Made by a program: the position numbers and the translations under genes. Shown here piece by piece: positions 18,795 to 28,547 of a stretch of 64,000 nt of DNA (within the stretch, counting starts at the first letter, position 1; each line of letters begins with the position of its first letter). The notes beneath the pieces are model-generated. The model had not been told where the DNA came from, did not search any database, and saw only the letters and a program-made list of their open reading frames with translations. This DNA comes from Candidatus Magasanikiibacteriota bacterium (GTDB lineage Bacteria > Patescibacteriota > Patescibacteriia > Magasanikbacterales > UBA922): assembly GCA_021648085.1 (NCBI GenBank), contig JAKITS010000001.1:260948-324947 (forward strand), given 5' to 3'.

Positions 18795-19897
18795 AGAAAA
18801 CTTTAATAATCACACTAGAATATCCACCACAAATTGGTGGAATTTCTACTTATATTTCTGACTATTCTAAGCATTTGGGTGGAGAGGTTTTTATTTGGGC
18901 TCCAAAAAATAAAGAAGTTATTGAAAAAGAAAATTTATTTCGTGGTGAACCGTATTTTTTACTATTTTGGCCAAAGTGGTTAAAATTATTTTTTCAAATT
19001 AGAAAAATTGTAAAAAAAGAAAAAATAGAATTGATCCATATCCACCATGTGCTTCCAGTTGGTTATATAGCGTATCTTATCCATAAGTTGTACAAGATTC
19101 CATATTTAGTTTTCTTGCACGGCACAGATGTGCAGATGGCGGTGAGGACAAGAAGAAAAAAGAAGTGGTATGCAAAAATTGTAAACAATGCAGAAAAGAT
19201 TGTGGTGAACAGTGAATATTTAAAAACGCAGGCTATAATAAATACAAAAAGTTTAATTGAAAAAACTGTAGTTGTTTATCCTTGTCCAAACAACAAATTC
19301 CTTCAAAATTACGAAGGAGATTTGGAAAAATTAAGAAGCGAATTGGCATTGGGTGGGAAAAAGGTAATTTTGACCGCAAGTAGAATTGCAGAAGGAAAAG
19401 GGCACTCACTTTTCTTGCAGGTTTTACCAGAAATAATAAAAGAAATGCCAAATGTAATTTGGCTTGTGGCAGGTAGCGGAGAAAAAAGCGATGTTTTTTG
19501 GAAGATTGTGCGTGAGAAGAATTTGCAGAATTTTGTAAGATATTTAGGAGATGTTCCAAATGGAGAATTACAAAAATATTATAATTTGGCAGATCTATTT
19601 TTACTTTTAACTCATAAAGACAAAGAAAATAATTTAGAAGAAGGTTTTGGTTTAGTTTTCCTAGAAGCTGGGGCTGTGGGTTTGCCGTCTGTTGCAGGAA
19701 TTAGCGGGGGAGTACAGGAGGCTGTAATAAATAACAAAACAGGTTTTGTGGTAGATGCTTACGATGGAATTTCTGTAAAAAGTGCAGTTATAAGATTATT
19801 GCAAGATGAGGAATTGTCAAAAAGTTTTGGTGAAAATGCAAAAAATAGAGTAGCACAAGAATTTGTGTGGGAAAAACAACTAACAAAAATATTGTAA
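18791..19897 (+). CDS. Glycosyltransferase family 4 (GT-B)
   Basis: 368 aa; C-terminal E-x7-E region (FLEAGAVGLPSVAG) of GT4 enzymes. Confidence 0.8.
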   Translation: MKKTLIITLEYPPQIGGISTYISDYSKHLGGEVFIWAPKNKEVIEKENLFRGEPYFLLFWPKWLKLFFQIRKIVKKEKIELIHIHHVLPVGYIAYLIHKLYKIPYLVFLHGTDVQMAVRTRRKKKWYAKIVNNAEKIVVNSEYLKTQAIINTKSLIEKTVVVYPCPNNKFLQNYEGDLEKLRSELALGGKKVILTASRIAEGKGHSLFLQVLPEIIKEMPNVIWLVAGSGEKSDVFWKIVREKNLQNFVRYLGDVPNGELQKYYNLADLFLLLTHKDKENNLEEGFGLVFLEAGAVGLPSVAGISGGVQEAVINNKTGFVVDAYDGISVKSAVIRLLQDEELSKSFGENAKNRVAQEFVWEKQLTKIL

Positions 19898-19939
19898 AAA
19901 GTAGAAAGTTTATAAAGTCGAAAGTTGAGAAAATATATA

Positions 19940-20157
19940 TGTCATCCCGAACGAAACAAGGTGGAGCTTGAGGGATCTTGGAAAAGTATCATCAAAATTA
20001 TGAATTTTATGTTTTGGTGAATTAAATTGTGGGATCCTTCGATTGTCGCTCAGGATGACGTTATTATTTTACGTCATATTGAGCGGAACAAAGTGGAGTC
20101 GAAATATCCCCGTACAATATCACCAAAACATAAATAATTATAATAAAACATCAGTCC
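19940..20157 (+). repeat. Structured intergenic repeat element, copy 1
   Basis: 20030-20157 is ~85-90% identical to 37111-37235. Internally GGGATCCTTCGATTGTCGCTCAGGATGACG and CGTCATATTGAGCGGAACAAAGTGGAGTCGAAATATCCCC form a long imperfect inverted repeat. A third related arm (TGTCATCCCGAACGAAACAAGGTGGAGCTTGAGGGATC) lies upstream at 19940-19977. Confidence 0.6.
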
Positions 20158-20187
20158 TTTGTTCAAAATAAAACAATAATTAATACT

Positions 20188-20898
20188 ATGAGCGATTTGA
20201 TAAGTGTAATAGTGCCAACATATAATCCAGGAAAACATTTGCTAGAAACACTGCAAAGTATAATGGTGCAAACTTACAAAAATATAGAAGTAATTGTAGT
20301 GGACGATGGAAGTAAAATTCCTGTGGAAGACATGCTCAAAGATATGTTATTTTTTGAAAAGATTACTTTGATAAGACAAGAAAATCAAGGTGCGCCGTCG
20401 GCAAGAAATAAAGGGTTTAGTAAATCAACTGGAAAGTTTGTGATTTTTTGGGATGATGATATTGTGGGTGAATTGGATATGCTAGAAAAAATGCACTTGG
20501 CTTTGGTAGAAAATGAATCAGCGAGTTTTGCTTATTCTAATTTTCACTTTGGTTTCAAAAAAATGCCAGCAATGGAATTTAATGTGGAAGAATTGAAAAA
20601 GAAAAATTACATAATTACAACTTCACTTATTTATAGAGAAGATTTTCCCGGATTCGATGAGTTTTTGAAAAGGTTTCAAGATTGGGATTTGTGGCTAAAT
20701 ATGGCAGAGAAGGGTAAAAAAGGAATTTGGATAAATGAATATTTGTTTAAAGCAACTCCCAAAAAAGCTGGAATAAGTACTTGGCTTCCAAAGTTTGCCT
20801 ACAAAAAACCTTGGAATTTTCTACCATTCTTCAAAAAACGAGTAAAACAACACGAAAAAGCCAGGAAAGTGATAGAGGAGAAATATAATTTGAAATAA
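20188..20898 (+). CDS. Glycosyltransferase family 2
   Basis: N-terminal VIVPTYNPGKHL...VVDDGS and DDD motifs of GT-A/GT2. Confidence 0.8.
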   Translation: MSDLISVIVPTYNPGKHLLETLQSIMVQTYKNIEVIVVDDGSKIPVEDMLKDMLFFEKITLIRQENQGAPSARNKGFSKSTGKFVIFWDDDIVGELDMLEKMHLALVENESASFAYSNFHFGFKKMPAMEFNVEELKKKNYIITTSLIYREDFPGFDEFLKRFQDWDLWLNMAEKGKKGIWINEYLFKATPKKAGISTWLPKFAYKKPWNFLPFFKKRVKQHEKARKVIEEKYNLK

Positions 20899-20941
20899 AT
20901 TTATTTTTTGAGATATTCTATTTTAGGTGTAAAATAAAAGT

Positions 20942-21964
20942 GTGGAAAATAAAAAACAAATTTTAGGACAATTTTTTACTAAAAATAACTTCTGGCTTAG
21001 GAAGCATGTTTTTGATTTTATAAAATCAACAAATTCTAAAATAGCGTTCGATCCTTTTGCTGGAGGAGGTGATTTATTAAAAGTTGCAAAAGAGATTGGA
21101 TTTAAAAAAACAATTGGTTTGGATGTGGATTTAGAATTAAATTGGAAATTTAATGATAGTCTTTTAGATATACCTATTATTAAAAATAGTATTATAATCA
21201 CTAATCCTCCTTATTTAACTAATTACAGCGCTAAAAGAAAAAAAATTTATAAGCAAGTTGCAAATTATTTTGAAAGTTCTAAGTTTAATGATTTATATCA
21301 AATAGCAATTGAAAGGAGTTTAAAAAATAATTTTGGCGTTATGATTATTCCAGAAACATTTATAAATTCAAAATTTCCAAAACATAGAATGAAGAGTATT
21401 ACAATTATAGAAGGTTTAATGTTTGAGGATACAGAAATTCCAACTTGTGTTGTTTGTTTTGATAATAAAATAAAAAATTATAATAAAATTTTATTATATA
21501 AAAATGATAAACTTTTAGGTGATTTAGATAAATATGAAAAAATGAGATTTAAGCCAACAAAAAATATTCCAATTAAATTTAATGCACCACATGGAAAAAT
21601 AGCTTTAAGAGCTGTAGATACAACAAGCATAGAAAGACCAATATCTTTTATGAAAAGAGAGGAGCTTAATTATTCATTATCTAAAATTAAACAAAGTTCT
21701 CGTTTAATAACTTTAATAGACATAAATATTAAAGAAGAAAATATAGAAAAAATTATAGAAAAAAGTAATAAATTATTACAAGAATTTAGAATAAAAACAG
21801 ATGATGTATTATTATCACCATTTAAAGGAAATAAAAAAAATGGAGAGAGGCGAAGAAGATTAGATTATTTAACCGCTAGAGCTATTTTAGAAAAAGCATA
21901 TGATTCTTTAATTTACAAAAAACAAATGAATATAAACAGTTTATTATATGAAAAAAATAAATAA
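20942..21964 (+). CDS. N6-adenine DNA methyltransferase, gamma-class (type II R-M modification subunit)
   Basis: Motif X GQFFTK, motif I FDPFAGGGDLL (SAM binding), motif IV ITNPPYL, in the X-I-IV order of gamma-class amino-MTases (TaqI-like). Markedly AT-rich. Confidence 0.75.
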   Translation: MENKKQILGQFFTKNNFWLRKHVFDFIKSTNSKIAFDPFAGGGDLLKVAKEIGFKKTIGLDVDLELNWKFNDSLLDIPIIKNSIIITNPPYLTNYSAKRKKIYKQVANYFESSKFNDLYQIAIERSLKNNFGVMIIPETFINSKFPKHRMKSITIIEGLMFEDTEIPTCVVCFDNKIKNYNKILLYKNDKLLGDLDKYEKMRFKPTKNIPIKFNAPHGKIALRAVDTTSIERPISFMKREELNYSLSKIKQSSRLITLIDINIKEENIEKIIEKSNKLLQEFRIKTDDVLLSPFKGNKKNGERRRRLDYLTARAILEKAYDSLIYKKQMNINSLLYEKNK

Positions 21965-22928
21965 TATAAAATTATTTGAATTTTCACTTGAAAATAAAGA
22001 GTCAATAATTGAAGATTGGTATATAAAAAATGAAGATTTGATTATTTCCGATAATCCTAATAAGCCAAATGAATTAGTGAGTAAAAATGTTGAATTATTA
22101 GAATTAATTTCTACTTATAATTTTGCTAAGAAAAAAAAGAATAATAAATTAATGAATCAAATTATTCTAGATATACTAGAGGTTTTAAAATATAAAAATA
22201 TAAATTATTCAGAATTTGTATCATTTTGGTCTGTTGTAGATTTGTCTTATAGTGGATTTTGTTCGATTGAAGAAAAAGAACAAAGAAAAATAATAAAAAA
22301 GATTTTAAATAAATATATTGATTTAAGACACAAAACTTATTTAAAATATGGTTATACGCCAGTTACACTTCAGGTCGGTCGTGATGCTAAAGCACATAAA
22401 CAAAGTGGTTCTTTAGGAAATATTAAAGTTTCTAGTATTTTAAAAGATGCTGGTTTTGAAGATGGTAACCACAATAAAATTGAAGATTTTTTGTCTTTTA
22501 ATAAGAAAAAGTTTATTGAAACAGATAAAAAAGGTAAAAAGCTTTTTAAAGATATTTTAAAATATTTTAAAATTAATTTTAAATGGAGTTCCAAAAAAGA
22601 AGATAAAATGCCTGATTTTCTGTTTCGTTATAGAAATAATATTTATATTTTAGAACATAAACATATGAAAGAGGGTGGTGGTGGACAAAACAAACAAATG
22701 AATGAGATAATATCACTTATTGAACAAAGCGAAAGAAAGAAAAAAGTAAAAATATATTATATTTCGTTTTTAGATGGAACATATTTTAATTTACTTTCAG
22801 ATAACAAAAGTAAAAAAGATAAAATTAAAAAACAAATAACAAATATAAATAATAATTTAGAAAAAAATGAAAGAAATTATTTTGTAAATACTGCTGGTTT
22901 TACAAAATTTGTGGAACAGTTTAAATAA
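21948..22928 (+). CDS. Putative type II restriction endonuclease (PD-(D/E)xK candidate)
   Basis: 326-aa gene overlapping the MTase stop by 17 nt; candidate PD...(E)xK motif PDFLFRYRNNIYILEHK; same extreme AT-richness as the MTase. Confidence 0.45.
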   Translation: MKKINNIKLFEFSLENKESIIEDWYIKNEDLIISDNPNKPNELVSKNVELLELISTYNFAKKKKNNKLMNQIILDILEVLKYKNINYSEFVSFWSVVDLSYSGFCSIEEKEQRKIIKKILNKYIDLRHKTYLKYGYTPVTLQVGRDAKAHKQSGSLGNIKVSSILKDAGFEDGNHNKIEDFLSFNKKKFIETDKKGKKLFKDILKYFKINFKWSSKKEDKMPDFLFRYRNNIYILEHKHMKEGGGGQNKQMNEIISLIEQSERKKKVKIYYISFLDGTYFNLLSDNKSKKDKIKKQITNINNNLEKNERNYFVNTAGFTKFVEQFK

Positions 22929-22956
22929 AATGTTATATAAAAACAATAAAATAACC

Positions 22957-22986
22957 CACCAGTGATTCTGGTGAGTTTTATTTTTA
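22957..22986. terminator. Putative bidirectional terminator
   Basis: CACCAG-TGATT-CTGGTG hairpin followed by TTTTATTTTT, between convergent genes. Confidence 0.4.
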
Positions 22987-23277
22987 TGAAATGTCTGAAA
23001 TATATTGAGCAAGCTGTTGGGTAAAAAATCCGGTGGGGAATAAGTTGGCCATTGTTATCTCAACTCGCATACCATGATCTTCTATTATGGAACCTCCTTT
23101 GATTTTTAATCTTTGCAATATAGTTTTTGTTCCTATGTAAAAAGTGAGAAAACATCGCTGTTCCATGCGTAGAAGTTTCTCAACCCAATCCAAATTTACT
23201 GGTGAAAAATCTATGCGAATTCTTTCAGATTTTTTGCAGGCTTCTGATAGTTTCTTCTTCAATTCTTTATTTTCCAC
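22984..23277 (-). CDS. Hypothetical protein
   Basis: 97-aa ORF convergent with the R-M pair; no motif recognised. Confidence 0.3.
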   Translation of the reverse strand: MENKELKKKLSEACKKSERIRIDFSPVNLDWVEKLLRMEQRCFLTFYIGTKTILQRLKIKGGSIIEDHGMRVEITMANLFPTGFFTQQLAQYISDIS

Positions 23278-23403
23278 TTCTATCTTCTTTTGTAAAAAGA
23301 TCTTAATTTAAGATTAAACTAAAAATGGTGCTTTGGCAACTTAAAATGAAAAAAGTGGCATGGCTCGTAGATGAGCGGTGCCACTTTTGTGACTATTTTC
23401 TTA

Positions 23404-23769
23404 TTATGTCATCCCTATTCCTATAATAAAAAGTACAAAAGAAGTAGGAAATCCTACTATAAATGTTTTAGCTGAGTGTTTTCCTAAAAACGGAAACCAC
23501 AAAAGCAAAGACCATAAAAAAAGAAAATAAACTATGCTTAATGTTAAGATAATTATTAAATATGTAATTTTTGAAGGTGTTATTTCATAAACTAAAAAAG
23601 AAAAAAATAAAGGAAAAATTAGAAAAATAACGGTAATTACATTTTTTAACTTAAACATGTTAAACTCCCTTAAAGCACTTTTGTCAAGAGTATTTGGGTA
23701 ATTTTGGCTAAATTTAGCCAAAATTATTTGTGTACAAAACGGGTGAAAAAGTCGGTTATTTTCTCCCAA
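23404..23769 (-). CDS. Small membrane protein
   Basis: 121 aa, three hydrophobic helices; overlaps the upstream ligase-like gene. Confidence 0.4.
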   Translation of the reverse strand: MGENNRLFHPFCTQIILAKFSQNYPNTLDKSALREFNMFKLKNVITVIFLIFPLFFSFLVYEITPSKITYLIIILTLSIVYFLFLWSLLLWFPFLGKHSAKTFIVGFPTSFVLFIIGIGMT

Positions 23770-25205
23770 ATTGTTACAGAGTTAGAAGATATAGATATAA
23801 CAATTACAATGAAGAATAACCCAAGCGTATGGAAAAGTGCTGGAGTTGTGATATTTATGATAAGTAAAGCAATAAGCCCAGCAAAAAGCCCAATATATAG
23901 GTTTTTGTAATCACTTTGGACAATATTTATTTTTGTGATTAATGTCCGTTTTATATACAAAATTAAGGCCAAAAATATGGCAAGTCCTATGATTCCAAGT
24001 TCGGCTAGCATTTCGAAATATCCCCAGTCAAACTGCCGTGTAGTGATTTTGTCATAACTTATTAAACTTGTGTAAGTGATAGTTGCCCCAAGTCCAGATC
24101 CTACAATTGGGCTGGCTTTTATTTTGTCGAAAATAGGTGTAATTAAGGTCATTCTGGTGGCTGTGCTTGTCTCTATTTGTGGTTGCACAAAGCTAGCTGT
24201 ACGAACTCCCAAAAGTGGAAGTCCGAGTGAACTTCCACCGCTTGCGAGTAGGGAAGTACCAAAAAATATCAAAAATACAGAAGCAATACTAAAAGCACAG
24301 ATTTGAGTCCATTTTGTCCAGCTATGTTTGTATTTGAGAGTCAAAAGTCCAACTCCAAATCCTAAAAAGTATGCACGGGAAAAGTTGAGAATTAAGACAA
24401 AAAAACTAAACAGCAAAAGTGCTACTAAGAATTTTTTGTAGTCTTTTTGTTTTTTAATTAGAAGTCCAACTAAAACTAAACTTAAAACTACAAGAAGTAA
24501 ATGTTCTGGCGTTACAATTCTAAAAAATCCATCTCCCATTTCTGTGATTTTGCCCATTGCCACATCGCGAAACCATTTGTAATAAATTCCATGGATTTTG
24601 GTAAAACCAGCCGAAAAAACAATAAAATTGAATAACGAAAATATAAATGAGCCAGTTATAAAAGCCACTGCAAATTGTAAAAATTTAATTTGAGTTTCGC
24701 GTTCTTTTAGAAAATAATAAGAAGCCGGTGTAAGAAGTAAAATTGAAAATGGTAGAAAATCTTGTACAACAGCTCTAAACCCATGACCATTTACAAGTGC
24801 CATTACAGAAGTTAAGCCTAGATAAATTAGTAATAATAAAATTAAAAAAGAAGGGACGACAGGAAGCGAAGCATTGTGTTTGTATTTTTTGCTTAAAAGT
24901 GGAGTAATAAACCAAAGAGCTATAAAAGTAAGTACAAGCATGGTTCGAATGGAAAGCCCAGCAAACTCAAAGAAATGTCCAGCTCCACCCAAAAATAATT
25001 CACCGATTAAAATTATCCACGCCCACTCGGGTTTGTAAAAATATAAAATTCCAAATAAAAAAACAAAAGACAGTGATATTATTGCCTGGATAAATAAATG
25101 TGGTGCAAGGAAAAAAGATAGAATTCTTACGCCAATAAAAATGGAAACCATAAGAAGAACATTCTCGTTGAAGATTTTTTTTGGATTTGCGAGGAATTTT
25201 AGCAT
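23724..25205 (-). CDS. O-antigen ligase/polymerase family membrane protein (Wzy_C-like)
   Basis: 493 aa, >10 TM helices; DWGYFEMLAELGIIGL matches the WaaL/Wzy_C signature (N/H-x-Y...E-x-G-x-x-G) before a periplasmic loop. Confidence 0.55.
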   Translation of the reverse strand: MLKFLANPKKIFNENVLLMVSIFIGVRILSFFLAPHLFIQAIISLSFVFLFGILYFYKPEWAWIILIGELFLGGAGHFFEFAGLSIRTMLVLTFIALWFITPLLSKKYKHNASLPVVPSFLILLLLIYLGLTSVMALVNGHGFRAVVQDFLPFSILLLTPASYYFLKERETQIKFLQFAVAFITGSFIFSLFNFIVFSAGFTKIHGIYYKWFRDVAMGKITEMGDGFFRIVTPEHLLLVVLSLVLVGLLIKKQKDYKKFLVALLLFSFFVLILNFSRAYFLGFGVGLLTLKYKHSWTKWTQICAFSIASVFLIFFGTSLLASGGSSLGLPLLGVRTASFVQPQIETSTATRMTLITPIFDKIKASPIVGSGLGATITYTSLISYDKITTRQFDWGYFEMLAELGIIGLAIFLALILYIKRTLITKINIVQSDYKNLYIGLFAGLIALLIINITTPALFHTLGLFFIVIVISISSNSVTIWEKITDFFTRFVHK

Positions 25206-25287
25206 ACTTGAAGAGTTAGTTTTAAATATTGTTTCTACCTAAATCCTAAAATTTAGTTAACGAAACCATACTTAAAACTAACTCTCA

Positions 25288-26214
25288 TTACGAAAGCTGT
25301 GCGTTATCTATTGCTTTAAAACCATTTGTGAAAGTTTGTGCATCCATTTTATTTTTTCCTTCTAGTTGAAGTTCTAAAATTTCAATAGATTTTTCACCAG
25401 TTCCTACGAAGATTTGCTTTCCTTCTATCAGTACTTCTCCTACGTGGATTTCCTTTTCTGAAGGTTTAATTTTCAAAAGCTTTAGATTTTTTCCTTCCCA
25501 AGAAGTAGAAATTCCTGGCCAAGGAGTTAGCCCACGATATAAATTATAAATTTGAGCATTTGTTTGGCTCCAATCTATCTTACCATTTTTTCGGGTTAGT
25601 TGTCTGCAAAAAGTTGCTTTTGAGTCGTTTTGCTCTTGGGGAATTATATTTTTATCTATAAAATCTTTGGCAGTTTGAGCAATTATTTTTGCACCAATTT
25701 CTGCTAATTTTTCATCTATATCCAAATAGGTGTCATCTGCTAAAATTTCCAATTTTTCTTGTTTCAAAATTGCACCTTCGTCTAAACCTTCGGACATTTG
25801 CATAACCGTAATTCCAGTTTCATCATCACCATTTATAAGTGTAGTTTGAATTGGAGAGGCTCCACGATATTTGGGAAGTAGCGAGGTGTGCACATTTAAA
25901 ATTCCATGCGTTGGAGCTTCCAAAATCTGATTTGGAACGATTAAACCATATTGCGCAGTAATTCCCACATCTGTTTTAAAATTCTCGGCATTTGCTGTTT
26001 TTAGGCTTTCTAGTTGAATTACTTCCAAACCATTCTTAAGTGCAAAAACTTTCACCGGCGGAGGAGTCATTACTTTTTTTCTGCCAACAGGTCTGTCTGG
26101 TTGAGTAATTACTTTTTCAACAGAAATAAAAGGCGCTTTCAAAAGTCCTTTCAAAATTTCTACCGCAAAATTATGCGTCCCAAAAAATATTACTTTTATT
26201 TTAGATTTTTCCAT
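25288..26214 (-). CDS. fmt: Methionyl-tRNA formyltransferase
   Basis: N-terminal formyltransferase fold (KVIFFGTHNFAV, ...HTSLLPKYRGASPIQ) plus C-terminal Fmt domain. Confidence 0.85.
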   Translation of the reverse strand: MEKSKIKVIFFGTHNFAVEILKGLLKAPFISVEKVITQPDRPVGRKKVMTPPPVKVFALKNGLEVIQLESLKTANAENFKTDVGITAQYGLIVPNQILEAPTHGILNVHTSLLPKYRGASPIQTTLINGDDETGITVMQMSEGLDEGAILKQEKLEILADDTYLDIDEKLAEIGAKIIAQTAKDFIDKNIIPQEQNDSKATFCRQLTRKNGKIDWSQTNAQIYNLYRGLTPWPGISTSWEGKNLKLLKIKPSEKEIHVGEVLIEGKQIFVGTGEKSIEILELQLEGKNKMDAQTFTNGFKAIDNAQLS

Positions 26215-26692
26215 TTATTTCTTCTTCGTGGATATTTTTAGCTTTGAATATAAAAAGTTCGCCGTTCAAATGGTCAACTTCGTGTTGAATAATACGAGCA
26301 AAAAATCCATCGGCCTCAAAAGAAAATTCTTCACCTTTTTCATTTACTGCTTTTACTTTTATATTTTTCATTCTTTTTACCTTCCCAAAAGTGTGCGGAA
26401 CAGAAAGACATCCTTCGGTATCAGAAACTTTTTTTCTACTAGTCTTTTCCCAAGTTGGGTTGAACATTACCAAATCTTTTTTGTCTGGAGTGAATTGTTT
26501 TGTAATTATACAAAGTCTGATTTCTTTTCCAATTTGTGGCGCAGCCAAACCAACTCCGTCTGCGTTGTACATAGTTTCTACCATATCCTTTATCAACTTT
26601 TTTGCTTCTTTGGATACCACAAAATCAAGATCAACCTCGCGGGACCTTGTAGTTAAAATTTCATTTGGATGTTTTAAAATTGGTAAAATCAT
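26201..26692 (-). CDS. def: Peptide deformylase
   Basis: Motifs GVGLAAPQIG, EGCLSVP, HEVDHLNG. Confidence 0.9.
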   Translation of the reverse strand: MILPILKHPNEILTTRSREVDLDFVVSKEAKKLIKDMVETMYNADGVGLAAPQIGKEIRLCIITKQFTPDKKDLVMFNPTWEKTSRKKVSDTEGCLSVPHTFGKVKRMKNIKVKAVNEKGEEFSFEADGFFARIIQHEVDHLNGELFIFKAKNIHEEEINGKI

Positions 26693-28545
26693 ATTGATAA
26701 TAGTGATAATGGATTTACATCAATCCGCCATTCGCTTGGGATCTTTTTGTTAATTTCCGCTATTTCTTTATATACATTATAGCGTTTTTCGTCTGTTTCG
26801 TGAAGCTTTTTTTTCAGCAAAATCACAAACCAATATTTCCCCCTATAAAACATTGGCGTGCTTTGTAGTGGACCCATTATTTTACATGTTTTTACCCCGT
26901 TTGTCAATTCATTATACAGTTTTTCTGCTTCTTTGTGAGCGGTAAATTCATTTTCGTGGCCATACATGTATTTTACAATAAAACTATATGGTGGATAGTT
27001 TAAAGCTTTGCGCCCATTCAAATCCATTCTATAAAATCTATCTGGTTCAAACAAAGATTTAAACAAAAAATGGTTTGGCGATAAAGTTTGTACAAAAAAT
27101 GAACTATCTTTTTTTCTAGTAAACTGAACTTTTTGAATTAAATGCCAAATTTTTTCTTGAGCACCAAATTCTGGCAAATTTAATTCTGTATCAATATTTA
27201 CAAATAAAAATAGTTTTGTCTTCTCCCAACGGATATTTTTGAAAGCCTTTGCAGTTCCTACAATTATTCTTTGCCCTTCTTTAAAATCTACATTTTCATC
27301 ATCGCCATCTATTCTATAGATTTCTTTATTTGGCAATATTTTTCTTAATTCTTTTTCGATTCCTTGTGTCCCAGCTCCAAAGTTTTTTATATCGATACTT
27401 CTACATTTTGGACATTGAACTAAAATATTCTTTTTTATTTTACAATAATGACATTGCAAAGTTTCTGTCTTTTCATGTGTGACGAGCGGTAGATTACATT
27501 TTTCACATCTTTCTATATGTCCACAATTATTACAAATAAGACATCCCGAAAGCCCGCGTCTATTTATATATAGAAAAATATCGCCAGTTTCTTCTTTTAA
27601 TTTCTCCTCTGCATACCAAGAAAAAGGGGAGTAGTTTTTTCCTCTCCTCTCGTCCACCATATTTATTATTTTTGGTAATTCTTGCGGTGGTGTGCTTATT
27701 TTTTCTTTTATATTTTTTGGTGCATCATAAATATTTTTGTAAATAGAAAAATAAGTTTCAGAACTAGGGGAGTAGCTGGTTAAATTTATTTGAATTCCAA
27801 AAATTTCAGTGTAAAGGTTTGCAATGTCTTTTGTGTTATAACGTGGATTTTGATCCCAATGTTTATGTCCTTCGTGGTGTTCTTTGTCTATTACAATATT
27901 TTTTAAATTTGGAATTGGTAGAAAAACAGCGCCACGAGTTCCAATTATTATTTTTTTATCTTCATTTCTTATTTGAAACCAAGTATTAAATTGTTCTTTT
28001 ACGCTCAAACCGCTATGCCAAACAATCACATTTTCTTTTGGTAAAATATTCAAAATATTTTTAATATCTTCTTTTTCTGGGACTATTATTAAAGTTTGTT
28101 CAGATATTATTTTTTTTAAATATTTTTTTTGTTCTTCTAAATTTTTATATACAAAAATTTTAGTTTTTTTAAAGTTTTTACTGTTTTCTTCAATTTTTTC
28201 TATTTCAACTTTTTGCAATTTCCTTGTTTGGAGAGGTGGAAGCATCATTTTCAAAATAATCGCTGGAGAAACGCCATAAAGTCTTGCAGACAAAATTCCA
28301 AACTCAATATGTTTTGCAGTCAAAATTGGTGTTTTAAGGATAATATTTTCAATTTCTCTTGCTTTTCCTTTTATTTCTGTCTTATCCATAACCTCAAAAA
28401 CAACCCCAAATAAACTGGATTTTCTAAAAGGTATTTTTACTAGTTGTCCTACTTGAATACTGTTTTCAAACTCAGCTGGAATTTTGTAATCAAACCAACC
28501 AAGTCCAAACGGCATTTTTCTAAGAGGTATTATTTTTGCAAACAC
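26689..28545 (-). CDS. priA: Primosomal protein N' (PriA)-like, apparently degenerate helicase core
   Basis: N-terminal 3'-DNA-binding domain, GTRGAVFLP motif, Cys-rich zinc region (CLICNNCGHIERCEKCNLPL...CHYCKIK...CPKC), PriA C-terminal domain. No GxGKT/S Walker A anywhere in the protein, and the DExH position reads DKEH. Confidence 0.65.
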   Translation of the reverse strand: MFAKIIPLRKMPFGLGWFDYKIPAEFENSIQVGQLVKIPFRKSSLFGVVFEVMDKTEIKGKAREIENIILKTPILTAKHIEFGILSARLYGVSPAIILKMMLPPLQTRKLQKVEIEKIEENSKNFKKTKIFVYKNLEEQKKYLKKIISEQTLIIVPEKEDIKNILNILPKENVIVWHSGLSVKEQFNTWFQIRNEDKKIIIGTRGAVFLPIPNLKNIVIDKEHHEGHKHWDQNPRYNTKDIANLYTEIFGIQINLTSYSPSSETYFSIYKNIYDAPKNIKEKISTPPQELPKIINMVDERRGKNYSPFSWYAEEKLKEETGDIFLYINRRGLSGCLICNNCGHIERCEKCNLPLVTHEKTETLQCHYCKIKKNILVQCPKCRSIDIKNFGAGTQGIEKELRKILPNKEIYRIDGDDENVDFKEGQRIIVGTAKAFKNIRWEKTKLFLFVNIDTELNLPEFGAQEKIWHLIQKVQFTRKKDSSFFVQTLSPNHFLFKSLFEPDRFYRMDLNGRKALNYPPYSFIVKYMYGHENEFTAHKEAEKLYNELTNGVKTCKIMGPLQSTPMFYRGKYWFVILLKKKLHETDEKRYNVYKEIAEINKKIPSEWRIDVNPLSLLSI

Positions 28546-28547
28546 AT

